Notes: generated from the letters alone by a model not told the origin. A stretch of 64,000 nt of DNA from an uncultured virus (IMG/VR IMGVR_UViG_3300034095_001964) (IMGVR_UViG_3300034095_001964), one strand, 5' to 3'; shown: positions 28,329-40,087, counted from the stretch's first letter. A program made the numbers and translations.

Positions 28329-28766
28329 ATGAGTAACGTCTTATCAGATTACAATTCTTCAACAGCTACTTCAGGCAATGTTGCAAAGAAAAACATGTAT
28401 TCTGATTTGGATCTTTCATTCATTGTGCATCCAATACTTAAAGATATACGTCCGCTATTAGATCTTGATGCTGTTAAGAATAGTGTCAAGAATATAGTGT
28501 TAACCAGTTTTTATGATCGCCCTTTTCATCCTGAGGTAGGAAGCGGCGTACGCGCGCTATTGTTTGAACCAGCTAGCATATTTACTGCTCTTTCAATTAA
28601 AGATGAAATAAATCGTTGTTTGGGTTTGTATGAGCCAAGAATAAACAGCGTAACCATTCAAATATCTGATGATATTGACAACAATGCATACGCTATTACC
28701 ATAGGGTTTGTTGTGCTGTATGATCAGCAGGAAGAGGTACAATTTTACCTAAATCGTTTAAGATAA
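28329..28766 (+). CDS. gp25: baseplate wedge subunit gp25
   Basis: YSDLDLSF..HP, AVKNSVKNIVLT...RPFHPE.GS, YEPRI, LNRLR. Confidence 0.95.
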   Translation: MSNVLSDYNSSTATSGNVAKKNMYSDLDLSFIVHPILKDIRPLLDLDAVKNSVKNIVLTSFYDRPFHPEVGSGVRALLFEPASIFTALSIKDEINRCLGLYEPRINSVTIQISDDIDNNAYAITIGFVVLYDQQEEVQFYLNRLR

Positions 28767-28773
28767 TTATTTT

Positions 28774-30636
28774 ATGGCACTCTCACGTCAAACACTTAAT
28801 GTTACTGAATTGGATTTTGATGCAATCAAGAAAAATCTAATTGATTATTTTACTTCAGGCAATTCACAGTTTAAAGATTGGAATTATGTTGGCAGCGGAT
28901 TAAATCAATTGGTTGATGTATTGGCTTACAATACACATTATAATGCCATGCTGGCACACATGGCTCTTAATGAAACATTTATTGATAGCGCACAATTGCG
29001 AAGCAGCGTGGTTTCAAATGCAAAACTTATTGGATATACGCCTCGCAGCAAAGCTAGCGCTGCAGCGTCATTGACCGTTTCATTCGTTGGTGATGGGCGA
29101 GCATACATTACACTGCCTCGCGGCAGCAATTTTAAAACAAGTTTAAACAGCAAAACATATGTGTTCTTAAACCTTGATGAATTGGTTGTAAACAAAGATG
29201 TTGGAGCAAATTCATATACACAAACAATAGAAGTTCATCAGGGTAGCATTGAAACCAAACGCTTTCAAGTTAATAATGTATCTGACAAATTAACATACCA
29301 GATTGATGACGATGCCATTGATATTAGTACACTTATTGTTCGTGTATACAACAGCACCAGTCAGCAAACAGCTGACATTTATACTCCTTTTACCGAAGTA
29401 AACATAGGAAGTGTAAATGGCGACAGCCAAATTTATCTTCTTAATGAAAATGTTTATGGCAAATACCAAATAGAGTTTGGTAACAATATTTTTGGGAAGC
29501 GCCCCAACAATTTAAGCGTCGTTGAAATTGAATATCTTACTACCGCTGGTGTTGATAGTAATGGCGCAACAGCCTTTCAATATATAAGTTCATTGCCAAC
29601 TGGCACAACAAGCGTGGCCCCAATAGTTACCGTTAGCGCCGCAACCGGTGGCAACAGCAAAGAAGATATTGAAAGTATTCGATTCAATGCGCCCAATTCA
29701 TTTGTTAGTCAAAACCGCGCGGTAACTGCTGATGACTACAAAACAATTATTACTGCTAAATTTCCATCAACACAAAGCATAGCCGTATGGGGCGGTGAAG
29801 ATAATGACCCACCACAATATGGTAAAGCTTTTATTTGTGTTAAGCCTAAAGACGCATTATATTTGACAGCTATACAAAAAGCAGAAATACTTAGCATTGT
29901 AAAATACAAAAAAGTATTGAGTATTACACCCGAATTTGTTGATCCTGAATACATCAATTTGAGTTTAGATGTATTGTTTAAATATAACAACAGCAAAACA
30001 AATCTTTCAAAAGGCGAGCTTGAAGGAAAAATATACACAGCTGTACAGCAATTTAATACGGCATATCTTGAATCATTTGATGGAGTCTTTAGACACTCGT
30101 CATTGCTAAAAACAATTGACAGCTATAGTCCTGCAATTTTAAACAGTTTGGTGCGCGTATATGTATCCAAATCTTTTGTGGTTGATCCGCAAAACCAGAG
30201 TAATACCATTATATATTACAACACAAGCCTTATTAATGATGAAGATGGGCATGTCATAATTTCATCATCACCATTTTACATCAAAGCTAAACAATGCTAT
30301 TACGGTGATGAAGCTATAACTGGTGACGCTGTGTATCGCAGAGTATATACTTATTATTTGGGCGCGGACGGCACACAAGTAAAAATAAACAGTGATGCTG
30401 GTCGTATAAATCTTCTTACCGGAAAAGTTGAATTGTCTGAACTATATGTTGATAGCGGAGACGCATTGACAATCACATTAAACATGTTGCCAGCCAGCAA
30501 TGATATTGCTCCTAAGAAAAATCAGTTAATTAAAATTGATATGAATCAGGTAAGTGTGAGTGGCGAAGTTGATTCCATTGCAATTGGTGGAAGCAGCCGT
30601 AGCGTTGATTACAATACATTTAAAAGAGATCGCTAA
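28774..30636 (+). CDS. gp6: baseplate wedge subunit gp6
   Basis: ELDFDAIK, LAYNTHYNA, FIDSAQLRSSVVS.AK..GY.PRS, QNRAVTADDY, WGGEDN.PP.YG. Confidence 0.95.
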   Translation: MALSRQTLNVTELDFDAIKKNLIDYFTSGNSQFKDWNYVGSGLNQLVDVLAYNTHYNAMLAHMALNETFIDSAQLRSSVVSNAKLIGYTPRSKASAAASLTVSFVGDGRAYITLPRGSNFKTSLNSKTYVFLNLDELVVNKDVGANSYTQTIEVHQGSIETKRFQVNNVSDKLTYQIDDDAIDISTLIVRVYNSTSQQTADIYTPFTEVNIGSVNGDSQIYLLNENVYGKYQIEFGNNIFGKRPNNLSVVEIEYLTTAGVDSNGATAFQYISSLPTGTTSVAPIVTVSAATGGNSKEDIESIRFNAPNSFVSQNRAVTADDYKTIITAKFPSTQSIAVWGGEDNDPPQYGKAFICVKPKDALYLTAIQKAEILSIVKYKKVLSITPEFVDPEYINLSLDVLFKYNNSKTNLSKGELEGKIYTAVQQFNTAYLESFDGVFRHSSLLKTIDSYSPAILNSLVRVYVSKSFVVDPQNQSNTIIYYNTSLINDEDGHVIISSSPFYIKAKQCYYGDEAITGDAVYRRVYTYYLGADGTQVKINSDAGRINLLTGKVELSELYVDSGDALTITLNMLPASNDIAPKKNQLIKIDMNQVSVSGEVDSIAIGGSSRSVDYNTFKRDR

Positions 30637-30641
30637 ACATT

Positions 30642-33275
30642 ATGCTATTAAGTATTGCTGACGGCCGGGCAAGAAACCTTGAAAGTGTACGTACACAATC
30701 ATTGTTTCCTGACAATGTACAATCTGGTGCAGCAAATATCATTGCATTCATTCAAGAGTATTATGACTACATCAATACTCATGGATTGCCATCAGCAGAA
30801 ATTGGGAGCATAATTACCGATAAAGATATTGATGTTGCAAGCAATAACTATCTTGATAATATAGGCAATCTTATTGCAAACAATATACCCAACAGCACGT
30901 CTTTAGATAAGGTATCATTGTACAAAATCATTGTAAAGTATTACAATACTCGAGGAAGTGAAGATAGTATAGTTGCATTTTTTAAGATATTCTTAAATGA
31001 AACAGTATCGCTATTTTATCCTAAAGAATATTTGTTTGCGCCATCAACTGGAGCAATAAATTGGGATCCATATGATGTGCCACCATTAGAATTGACGGCT
31101 CCGCCTGTGAATGGAATGGCGGACACCATTACCATCAACAACAGCGGCTTTGAAAACCTACTACGTGTCGAGGATAGTAACACAATATTGGTTTTGGACG
31201 ATAGCAGCAACCTGTTGCTAACCACGTTGCCGCGTCTTCAAACAGGCGGCATTACCGTAAACTTTCCAACATTAACATATGCTGGGCTGTATGATGGGCG
31301 TGCTGCATACACCGGGCCCACCGCTACGCTAACCAATATATTGTGGCAGCCTTATGCATTGTATTGGGACAGCTATAATACGCAATGGACTCTACGAGGA
31401 GGAGCTGGTAAGACTTTAACCATGCAGGCCAGCCTGTACGACGCCGATTATACTCAATATGACTACACGTTAACTTTGGTTGAAGACGGGCTATTTAATA
31501 ATAAACCACGTTATAGGAGCTTGACCAATCCGTTTCAACAGTGCTTTTATGTACGCGGTCTTGTTGCGGCTGATAACCGCTGGGAGTTTTACTTTGGCGT
31601 TGACAATTTTGCCGTGCTAAAGTCAGATGCGAATGCGCTTAGCCCGGAGAATGTTACAAGTTGGGAATCGGTATTTGATGACACACAGCAGCCTCAATAT
31701 GCGCTCGTGATTGAAGCCGATGTAACCAGCTCTGGCAGCAATGCCGCATATTGGTATAGCAAACTAAACGCGCAATCTTCAAACATTCAGCCGCCCACTG
31801 ACAGCGCTAGCGCCTGGGATATAGCCACCACCACTGCCAATGACCCAAACAGCGGAGCTGTTGCAGCCAGTCTTTTTGTAGATCCAGATGGCGATAACAA
31901 TACCATATTGTATACTGCACTTATTCCAGGCACATCTAGCAATTACCTTAGCATTGCATATGCGTCTCCGGTGTTAACATCTGCTAATATCGCCGCAACT
32001 ATAGATGGTGATGCAATCACAATTGTTCCGTCCGCAAAAGGTGCGATGGTCATTAGTGGCATTAGCGCACCGACAGGTCTCAACGTGCGCCTAATAAGCA
32101 CAGGCACCTATAGCAGTAACAAACCATTATATTCACAGAGCGGTGCCACAACTGGCATCAACAACACTGTGTTGGCCTACAACGGTAGTGTTTGGACGTT
32201 GACCAGGCGTGATGGCAGCAACAGCATCACATATCAGGCGGAAGCAGAATCAAATGCAGATTTTCCTGACGGCATAACGTTTGGTACTCCAACCGTTGGA
32301 AGCGGTGTACCTACCATCAGCGCGGCTGTTAGCAGTGCTGCACAAGTAATTGCTTACGTAAACACCACGACGGTTGGCGTTTATGTAAACGCAGCTGGAT
32401 TTGTTGATGTAACCGGCTCTGTTGCCGCAACGCCACGCGCCTATTTAACAGGCGGGATTGCGCCAACTTCACCTACAACTGGTATACCGTTTTTACATTA
32501 TGTTGATGGAGACGCCGCTGCTACACAGCCAACAAATGGCAATCTTTTTGCAAGAACCGGCGCTTGGCCAAATCGCCATGTTTACAAATGTATTGACGAC
32601 GGTAGTTTGCTTGGACATAGTATAACTTGGCAATTGCAAAATGATTTGCCTGGATGGCGCGAATGGCGCTATGACGACCACAAAGGATTTGCATCAGATG
32701 ATTATAAGATTCAGGACAGCCGGTATTGGCAAAACTATTCATATGACATACAATGCAACAGTGACCCAACCACATGGCGTGATGCATTTTTAAAATTTGT
32801 TCATCCTGCTGGTTTAAAATTATTCACTTCGCTACTGTTGGAAATGCAAAGTCTTAATGTTTGGGACTCATATATTTCATACGGATTGACAAATCCACAA
32901 GACAGTTACAGCTGGTTAAGCGCTTTAAATCCAACAGATATATACCAACGCCACACACCAAAATATCAACCTGGTTGGTTAGCTCTTGGCACTCCACAAT
33001 ATGTATTTGCTGCGCTGTTGGCCGAAAGCGGCATCGCGCTATCACGCGAAGTGGTAATGGTTTTCCAATTTATTATAAGCAATGACGCAAGCCAAAGACA
33101 GCTTGTTGGTCAAGACTATGACCTGAATGGAATAAAGTTTAGAGACCCATCGCGTTTGGGTGACGGCTTTTTGGGCAGTGACCGAACAATCTCTTCAATG
33201 ATGGACAGCGGTTCTGACTCTTATGCTTATAAGAATTTAAATGTAGCTTCAATTGTAACACAAGTCGCATCCTAA
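30642..33275 (+). CDS. gp7: baseplate wedge subunit gp7-like (with large insert)
   Basis: FIQEYYDY, YNTRGSEDS...FFKI, KIQDSRYWQNYSY, VHPAGLKLF; between gp6 and gp8. Confidence 0.75.
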   Translation: MLLSIADGRARNLESVRTQSLFPDNVQSGAANIIAFIQEYYDYINTHGLPSAEIGSIITDKDIDVASNNYLDNIGNLIANNIPNSTSLDKVSLYKIIVKYYNTRGSEDSIVAFFKIFLNETVSLFYPKEYLFAPSTGAINWDPYDVPPLELTAPPVNGMADTITINNSGFENLLRVEDSNTILVLDDSSNLLLTTLPRLQTGGITVNFPTLTYAGLYDGRAAYTGPTATLTNILWQPYALYWDSYNTQWTLRGGAGKTLTMQASLYDADYTQYDYTLTLVEDGLFNNKPRYRSLTNPFQQCFYVRGLVAADNRWEFYFGVDNFAVLKSDANALSPENVTSWESVFDDTQQPQYALVIEADVTSSGSNAAYWYSKLNAQSSNIQPPTDSASAWDIATTTANDPNSGAVAASLFVDPDGDNNTILYTALIPGTSSNYLSIAYASPVLTSANIAATIDGDAITIVPSAKGAMVISGISAPTGLNVRLISTGTYSSNKPLYSQSGATTGINNTVLAYNGSVWTLTRRDGSNSITYQAEAESNADFPDGITFGTPTVGSGVPTISAAVSSAAQVIAYVNTTTVGVYVNAAGFVDVTGSVAATPRAYLTGGIAPTSPTTGIPFLHYVDGDAAATQPTNGNLFARTGAWPNRHVYKCIDDGSLLGHSITWQLQNDLPGWREWRYDDHKGFASDDYKIQDSRYWQNYSYDIQCNSDPTTWRDAFLKFVHPAGLKLFTSLLLEMQSLNVWDSYISYGLTNPQDSYSWLSALNPTDIYQRHTPKYQPGWLALGTPQYVFAALLAESGIALSREVVMVFQFIISNDASQRQLVGQDYDLNGIKFRDPSRLGDGFLGSDRTISSMMDSGSDSYAYKNLNVASIVTQVAS

Positions 33276-33302
33276 CCGGAGTGATTTCCATCTATCCACT
33301 CA

Positions 33303-33310
33303 TATAAATA
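33303..33310 (+). promoter_or_regulatory. T4-type late promoter
   Basis: TATAAATA upstream of gp8. Confidence 0.7.
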
Positions 33311-33329
33311 GATTTAAATAATATAAAAT

Positions 33330-34787
33330 ATGTCAGCAATTATTACAGACAACTTTCGCAGAAATAATGCAAAATTATTTTTAACTGATATAGCCGGAAC
33401 CGACCCGCGTGGAAGCCCATTGGGCACCCCAGCGAATGTCAATAGATATTACCTGGGAATTGGTAAATCTGACAAGTGGGCAGATGGCGCCAGTGGCGTC
33501 ACCGAAGACTCTTCTGCGTATAACATTGCTGCGCCAGTTGGATCGTTTAGCGATACATTGGAAGTATTAAACAATGTTGCAACATTAACTAAACTTGGCG
33601 CAAGCAACACAACGCTAGTAATTCCAAATGTTGCTTATGCAAGCGGCAATAGATACAAAGCATACAACAGCTATGACAGCAGCTGTTTCTACGCAACTGG
33701 AACCACTTTGCCATGCTATGCAATTAGTGGAGCCGGTATGTATCTTTGCTTGCGCGCTGGGACCGGCACAACCAGCGCGCAACCTGCTACGACAACTTAT
33801 GTACCCTTCAGTGGTAGCGATGGTTATGTTTGGATTTATGTGCAAGCGGTTAGCCAAGCCGCAACAGCATTTATAACCGACCAATTTATTGAAGTAAGCC
33901 AAACGCCATTGACTAGCACGCCTCTTACTGATAGCGCGGCATATGGCGGATTGTGCAGCTCCAATTTCCATGTGGTGAATGGGGGCTCTGGTTATGTCGC
34001 CGGCTCAACAACAACCGCAGTGTTAAAAGGAAGCGATGGAGTTGGTGGTGTGACATTTAATGTGACATTAGACTATACGGTTGTTGGCGGAGCAATTGCA
34101 ACCGTGACACTAAGCAATCCCACCACGCCCACCAGCTGGCCAAAAGGTTTGATTGTTGCGTCGGTGGAAATTGCTTCTACTAGCGGCGGCACTGGTGCAG
34201 TTGTTGTTCCAGTGATTGCGCCCAAAAACGGTTATGGCTATATACCATCTGCAGTAATGCCATCATGGTATGCAGGAATCGCTGTTGATTTGGCAAATGA
34301 TATTAGCACCGATAACTTTTATACTCCTTATCGTCAAATTTCAGTGATTCGCAATCCCAACACAACAGCCGCAACCGCAAATGCATTGCGCTATCTTACA
34401 CTAGCGGGAAGCGTCCCGTCAATTGACGCCAACACCAACACATTGATATATGATGGTACCACTAATAAACCGTTCGCTGTTGCGGATGTTGTGAATACTA
34501 GCGGTGGCAACAAATTGTATTTCCACCAAAATTACATTTCAGGCTTTAGCGAAATAGCAAGTGCCGGAACTTTTCGTATAATCCCAGGCACCAGCGGGAC
34601 ACTCTATAACTGGAACGCTGTTACCGCATCTGAATGCAATGAAGCCGTGCTTGCTAACGGCTTGATTAGCGGCGGCGATGGTGCGCACGCACGCATTGCT
34701 GGAGAAGTAGTATTTGCTGAAAATCGCAGAAAAATCACACGCAGCAGCGGTCAAACCGAAAAAATTAAAATAATCATTCAATTCTAA
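33330..34787 (+). CDS. gp8: baseplate wedge subunit gp8
   Basis: MSAIITDNFR..NA, YLGIGKS..W, DGYVW.Y, YRQISVIRNP, ENR..ITRS..QTEKIKIIIQF. Confidence 0.9.
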   Translation: MSAIITDNFRRNNAKLFLTDIAGTDPRGSPLGTPANVNRYYLGIGKSDKWADGASGVTEDSSAYNIAAPVGSFSDTLEVLNNVATLTKLGASNTTLVIPNVAYASGNRYKAYNSYDSSCFYATGTTLPCYAISGAGMYLCLRAGTGTTSAQPATTTYVPFSGSDGYVWIYVQAVSQAATAFITDQFIEVSQTPLTSTPLTDSAAYGGLCSSNFHVVNGGSGYVAGSTTTAVLKGSDGVGGVTFNVTLDYTVVGGAIATVTLSNPTTPTSWPKGLIVASVEIASTSGGTGAVVVPVIAPKNGYGYIPSAVMPSWYAGIAVDLANDISTDNFYTPYRQISVIRNPNTTAATANALRYLTLAGSVPSIDANTNTLIYDGTTNKPFAVADVVNTSGGNKLYFHQNYISGFSEIASAGTFRIIPGTSGTLYNWNAVTASECNEAVLANGLISGGDGAHARIAGEVVFAENRRKITRSSGQTEKIKIIIQF

Positions 34788-37700
34788 TGGCAATTACCAC
34801 AGACAATACCGTATACCGCGATGATTTTGCTACTTCAAATGTAGAAGCAAAAAATTATTTGCGTATCATGTTTAAAGCAGGATACAGTGTTCAGGTTCGC
34901 GAATTGAATCAGCTGCAGAGTATATTGCAGAGTCAAATTGACAAGTTTGGCCAAAGCGTATGGAAGGATGGCGCTGCGGTTATTGGTGGCAATTGTACAT
35001 ATGACCAAACACTTCAATATATTGATGCTGCTGTTACTGGAGCCACAGCTACAACCATTCTTGCCGCAAAAACCGTAGAGTATGCTGGTTTGGCGGCCAC
35101 CATATTGGGTATAAAAAGTTTAGGAGGAACTTCATATCGCATATTCTTGCGCTATAGCAACAGCGGAACGCCTGGTGCGTCTGGCGCAACTGGCGCTATA
35201 GCATACGCTGTTAGCAACTCGTTTAGTACCAACAACGGCTTACCCATTGTTGTTGCAGCAACTGGTTATGCGGCTGGAGTATTTCTTTCAAAAGGAGTGT
35301 TCTTTACAAAGGGAAGTTTTGTTGTGACCGATGCACAAAGTGTTTTCTTTACGCTAGATACTAAAGATGCTAGTGTAAACGGTAAAGCTTACCTTACTAT
35401 AGCTGAAAGCTATGTTGGCTATACAACTGACACCACATTAACGGACAATGCAAATGGCACTCCCAATTACAATGCTCCAGGTGCTGATCGTTATGCTGTC
35501 AATTTAACGCTGGTCTTTGAAGCCGACGGCGTCGCTGGAGCAAGCGGAGCAACAAATAAAATTGCGCTGCTAACAGTTGTAAATAGTGTGCCTACATTGG
35601 CGCTGCGTGACAGGTATAGCGACCTGGATCGTCAGCTTGCGCAGCGTACATATGAAGAAAGCGGAAGCTATACGCTCAATCCGTTTAAGACTCACATTCG
35701 TGAATTGTATGACAATGGCAGCAACTATGGTCGTTACGTTAGCTCTGAATTGGATAAAGCTGGTTATAGCATTAGCGCTGGCGACTTGCCAGCCAGCATT
35801 GCTTCTGCGCAAGCGCGTTACAGCTTAGGTGTCGATCCTTCGGTTGCCTATGTGTATGGCTACCGTGTTGCTCCACTAGACAAGAACGAATTGAATGCTC
35901 CTAAGGCACGTACAATTTCGGCATTGACTCCAGCCAATACATATGCTAACATTGGTAATTATGTGATTGGATCTTTTGAGTCTGGTTCATATCTTCCAAT
36001 CATCACAGAGATTAGTAGTACATATAGAGTTGGACTAACCAAAACATATAGTGGATCACTCACAAGTACTGTCACGTCAATTACGCTACCCAACACAATT
36101 GGCATAACAGTTGGTATGACTATGTATGGATCAACTGCTGGTCCGATGACAACCGGAGTTGTAATTACATCGGTTACTGCAACTACTATTGTATTTGCAT
36201 CAACGACTATTACAATTACTAGCAATGAAGTATTAAATTTTGTGGCTGGAACAACCAAAATTAAAGCCGTTGAAGTTGAAGGCGCATCAACATATCGCCT
36301 GTATCTTTATGATATCATTATAACTGCAAGCGGTGGATTTAATTTGACTGATATTACACGAGTATGGAATACTGCAGCTACACCTGTTAAATTTACAGTA
36401 GAAACCGGAGGAGCGCTCGCCTTTGCTAGCAATGATACTGCAGTATTCAAATTGCCATTTGACGCAGTAAATAATCTGACCAACATCAGATACAATATTT
36501 TACACACTGCAAGCGGTACTGTTACAACCACTACTACAATTGCTTTAACTGTGACTAGCGCGCAACGCGAATTTTCCGATTTAACACCAAGCAATATAAT
36601 CTTATTTGTTGCTGGCGTTAAAACAGCAGTAAATACTGTATCTGGAAGCGGCTCAAGCATTACATTAAATTTTGCTGCTGTTGCTAGCGGCGCAGCCTAT
36701 ACTGTTATTATACCAGTCAATGTTGGCATTGGAACAGGAGGCGATGGTGTGATGACAAAGACTCTTACATCACAACCAGATACGCAAACTGCAACTTCTG
36801 GTCAAACTGTATTTACTCTTTCTAAAGCAGAAGTGTTTAGCCTAACTAGTGTTACTGTTGCAAGCGTTTCCACACCTCTTAGCGATTGGATTATTAGCGA
36901 TGATGGTCAGCGCGACAATTACTTTACAAATGTTAAGCTGCGATATGTTGGTAAAAAATCATTTACAAATGAGAGTATATCCTTTGTTTATAAGTATTTT
37001 GCGAGAACTGGCGGGAGCGCTTGCGCTAGTGTCAATAGCTATTTGCCAAGTGCAACTAATGTTACGGCCGGTTTAACATATTCAACCATACCATCATACA
37101 AAGGAGTACGCCTTGCTGATTGTATTGATTTCCGCCCTGTGATACTTAGCGGTAGCACTGGTGTTGTTGATGTATTAAATCCTTATAGCAGTATAAGTGC
37201 AGACGCAAATTTCTATTTGCCTAGAGTTGACAAATTGTGTGTTGACTATAATGGAAACTTTGCAGTTACACAAGGCAACGCAGAATTGAATCCGCGTGTT
37301 CCGGAGACTCCTCCCAAGTCGATGGCTCTATACACATTGGACATTCCGGCTTATACACACAGTACAGCAGATATTATTGCCAACTATATTGATAACCGCC
37401 GCTATACCATGCGAGACATTGGCGGATTGGAAAACCGGGTTAAAAATATTGAATACTATACTACGCTATCGTTGCTTGAAAAATCAGCAAATGATAAAGC
37501 AATTTTTGATAGCACTGGCACTCGCTTTAAGAATGGTATATTGGTAGATTCATTCTTTAACAACAATACTGCAAACATTGCGAGTGAAGCATATGCAGCG
37601 TCAATTGACGTTAAAAAGGGTATACTATACCCGCAATATTCTTCTCGCCGGTTTGACTTTAAAAAAGTTGACAATACGCTATCTTCAATTAAGATTAACG

Positions 37701-40087
37701 GCAACACCGCTACTCTATCATATGCTGAAACTCCGCTAATCTCTCAACCATATGCTACCGAATATGAAAGTGTTAATCCATATGATCTTGCATCATTTGT
37801 TGGTAATGTTACACTAACACCTGGTTCTGACGAGTGGAAAGAAGTAACAAATACTACAGTGTATGCTGCGCTCAATACTGCAAATTATGATGCCGTAAAA
37901 GATACTGCAGTGTTAGGCACGCTATGGAATGAATGGACTACAAATTGGACTGGCACTAGAGTTACAAAGAGTGAGCCGCATGGCGTGCGCGCTCCTGACG
38001 GTGTGATGCGTCAGTCCGTTACAACTACGGCTTCAGGTGTGCAATCAAGAGTTGGACTGCAAACGCAATTAAGCTTTACTGATATTACACAAACCAGCGG
38101 TGAACGAGTAGTTGATGTTACGTTTATTCCATTTATTCGTTCACGCAAAGTTTATTTTAGTGCAACTGGACTTAAGCCAAATACAAAGGTATATCCATTC
38201 TTCGATGGTGTTGATATACGTGCATACTCAATGCAATTGTCTAGCATCGTTGATTATAAAAATAGTGCTGAAGTAAGTACTTATAACGGTATTAGCCCAG
38301 CCAATACTGCTCTTTCAACAATTGGTATTGTCACTTCTGATTTGATAACAAATGTTGCTGGTGAAATTAAGGGAGTGTTTCTTATTCCCAACAATGAAGT
38401 TTACAAGTTTAGAACCGGTTCACGTGCATTTCGTTTAGCTGACAGTTCTCGTAACTTGCCTAGCGAAACCACAACATATGCAGATTCAAATTACGTTGCA
38501 AATGGATTAACTGAAACGAAAGAAACACTAATAACCAGTACACGTATTCCTCAGTTATCGCAAACGCGTGTTGATCAATCGCAAACGGCGAGTAAAGTGG
38601 TTAGTGTAAAGTATGTAGATCCACTTGCGCAAAGCTTTATTATAGGAGACATTGAAACTGGTGCTTTTGTTACAAGCCTTGACCTGTATTTCCAAAGCGC
38701 TAGTGCTACTTTACCAGTCACCGTTGAAATTGTTACCGTTGAAAATGGAGTGCCTACACAAAAAGTAGTGCCATTCTCACAGGTATCGCTTAATCCTTTT
38801 ACCATAAGTGCTGGCGCATATACAAATACACCGGTTGTTCAGGTTAGTACTACTACTAATGGAGTTACCACAACGCCAGCAACGCGATTCACGTTTAGCG
38901 ATCCGGTATATTTAAAAGCTGGTGCTGAATATGCTATTGTTGTAAAATCAAATGATCCTGCATACCGCATGTATGTTGCGCGTTTAGGAGGAACAGATCT
39001 TGCTACATCTCAAAAGATTATCAAGAATGTGTATGCTGGTGTTATGTTTATGAGTCAAAATGCTAGTACATGGACTCCAGATCAAACACGAGACTTTAAG
39101 TTTGTGTTGAATCGTGCAGCATTTGTTGGTTCTGGTTCGCTGCAATTTAAACCAACATTCTCTACCGGTGTTGAAAGTGTAACTATCAGCGCTGGTGGTA
39201 GCGGCTTTACTCAAGCTGGAGCAAGCATGACTTTTGCTGCACCGTCAACTGTAAAACCGGGTGATATAGCTGCAACAGGTGTGCCAACAGTTGATATATT
39301 AACAGGATCAATTGTCAGCGTAAGAGTGACCAACGCTGGTAGCGGTTATGCATCTAATGAAAGCCCAACACTAACATTTGCTAACACAACAGGAAGTCCT
39401 GTGCCTCCAACGGCAATAGCTAACCTGTTGAATGTTCCAGTTACTACATTCAATTTAGCACAGGAGAATATAACTGTTGAAGGCACAAGCATAACCAATA
39501 CTCTGTCTCTTGACATTTTACCGCCAATCATAATTAGTCCTAATGAAAATTACGACCTAAAGAAAACTTTTGCGCTCAATCTTTCAACGTCGCCAAACAC
39601 CAGTATGACAACAGCATTGTCAACAAACAGTGATTATGTAAGCCCAGTAATTGATTTGGATCGTGTATCATTGCTTACGGTGCAGAATCAAATAAATGAC
39701 TTGCTTGACGCTGATACAACCGAAACGGCATCTGACAAAGGAGCCGCAAAGTCTCGGTACATTACAAAAACGGTAAATCTTAACAACCCGGCCGACAGGT
39801 TAAACATTTACATCAATGCGAATCGCCCAACAGCAGCCGCAAAAATTACACTATATGCAAAATTAGCGTATGATGGCACAGCTGCGGCAAGCTGGGTTAA
39901 GGTACCGCCCGTTAACCCACTTCCAGTGTCTAGCAACACTGAAGAATACACTGAAGCAGAATATACACTGTCTAGTCCAGCCAATGATTTTATTAGCTTT
40001 GCAGTCAAGATTGTATTTTCATCTGATAACTTGTATGATGTTCCTTCAATACGCGATTTCCGCGCTATTGCTACAACTGGAGTATGA
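34787..40087 (+). CDS. large virion structural protein (DUF4815/VrlC-like)
   Basis: YRDDF..KNYLRIMFKAGYSVQ.RELNQLQSILQ.QI, APGADRY, RTYEESG.Y, RRYTMRDIG.LE.R, DPLAQSF, DFRAIA. Confidence 0.88.
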   Translation: MAITTDNTVYRDDFATSNVEAKNYLRIMFKAGYSVQVRELNQLQSILQSQIDKFGQSVWKDGAAVIGGNCTYDQTLQYIDAAVTGATATTILAAKTVEYAGLAATILGIKSLGGTSYRIFLRYSNSGTPGASGATGAIAYAVSNSFSTNNGLPIVVAATGYAAGVFLSKGVFFTKGSFVVTDAQSVFFTLDTKDASVNGKAYLTIAESYVGYTTDTTLTDNANGTPNYNAPGADRYAVNLTLVFEADGVAGASGATNKIALLTVVNSVPTLALRDRYSDLDRQLAQRTYEESGSYTLNPFKTHIRELYDNGSNYGRYVSSELDKAGYSISAGDLPASIASAQARYSLGVDPSVAYVYGYRVAPLDKNELNAPKARTISALTPANTYANIGNYVIGSFESGSYLPIITEISSTYRVGLTKTYSGSLTSTVTSITLPNTIGITVGMTMYGSTAGPMTTGVVITSVTATTIVFASTTITITSNEVLNFVAGTTKIKAVEVEGASTYRLYLYDIIITASGGFNLTDITRVWNTAATPVKFTVETGGALAFASNDTAVFKLPFDAVNNLTNIRYNILHTASGTVTTTTTIALTVTSAQREFSDLTPSNIILFVAGVKTAVNTVSGSGSSITLNFAAVASGAAYTVIIPVNVGIGTGGDGVMTKTLTSQPDTQTATSGQTVFTLSKAEVFSLTSVTVASVSTPLSDWIISDDGQRDNYFTNVKLRYVGKKSFTNESISFVYKYFARTGGSACASVNSYLPSATNVTAGLTYSTIPSYKGVRLADCIDFRPVILSGSTGVVDVLNPYSSISADANFYLPRVDKLCVDYNGNFAVTQGNAELNPRVPETPPKSMALYTLDIPAYTHSTADIIANYIDNRRYTMRDIGGLENRVKNIEYYTTLSLLEKSANDKAIFDSTGTRFKNGILVDSFFNNNTANIASEAYAASIDVKKGILYPQYSSRRFDFKKVDNTLSSIKINGNTATLSYAETPLISQPYATEYESVNPYDLASFVGNVTLTPGSDEWKEVTNTTVYAALNTANYDAVKDTAVLGTLWNEWTTNWTGTRVTKSEPHGVRAPDGVMRQSVTTTASGVQSRVGLQTQLSFTDITQTSGERVVDVTFIPFIRSRKVYFSATGLKPNTKVYPFFDGVDIRAYSMQLSSIVDYKNSAEVSTYNGISPANTALSTIGIVTSDLITNVAGEIKGVFLIPNNEVYKFRTGSRAFRLADSSRNLPSETTTYADSNYVANGLTETKETLITSTRIPQLSQTRVDQSQTASKVVSVKYVDPLAQSFIIGDIETGAFVTSLDLYFQSASATLPVTVEIVTVENGVPTQKVVPFSQVSLNPFTISAGAYTNTPVVQVSTTTNGVTTTPATRFTFSDPVYLKAGAEYAIVVKSNDPAYRMYVARLGGTDLATSQKIIKNVYAGVMFMSQNASTWTPDQTRDFKFVLNRAAFVGSGSLQFKPTFSTGVESVTISAGGSGFTQAGASMTFAAPSTVKPGDIAATGVPTVDILTGSIVSVRVTNAGSGYASNESPTLTFANTTGSPVPPTAIANLLNVPVTTFNLAQENITVEGTSITNTLSLDILPPIIISPNENYDLKKTFALNLSTSPNTSMTTALSTNSDYVSPVIDLDRVSLLTVQNQINDLLDADTTETASDKGAAKSRYITKTVNLNNPADRLNIYINANRPTAAAKITLYAKLAYDGTAAASWVKVPPVNPLPVSSNTEEYTEAEYTLSSPANDFISFAVKIVFSSDNLYDVPSIRDFRAIATTGV

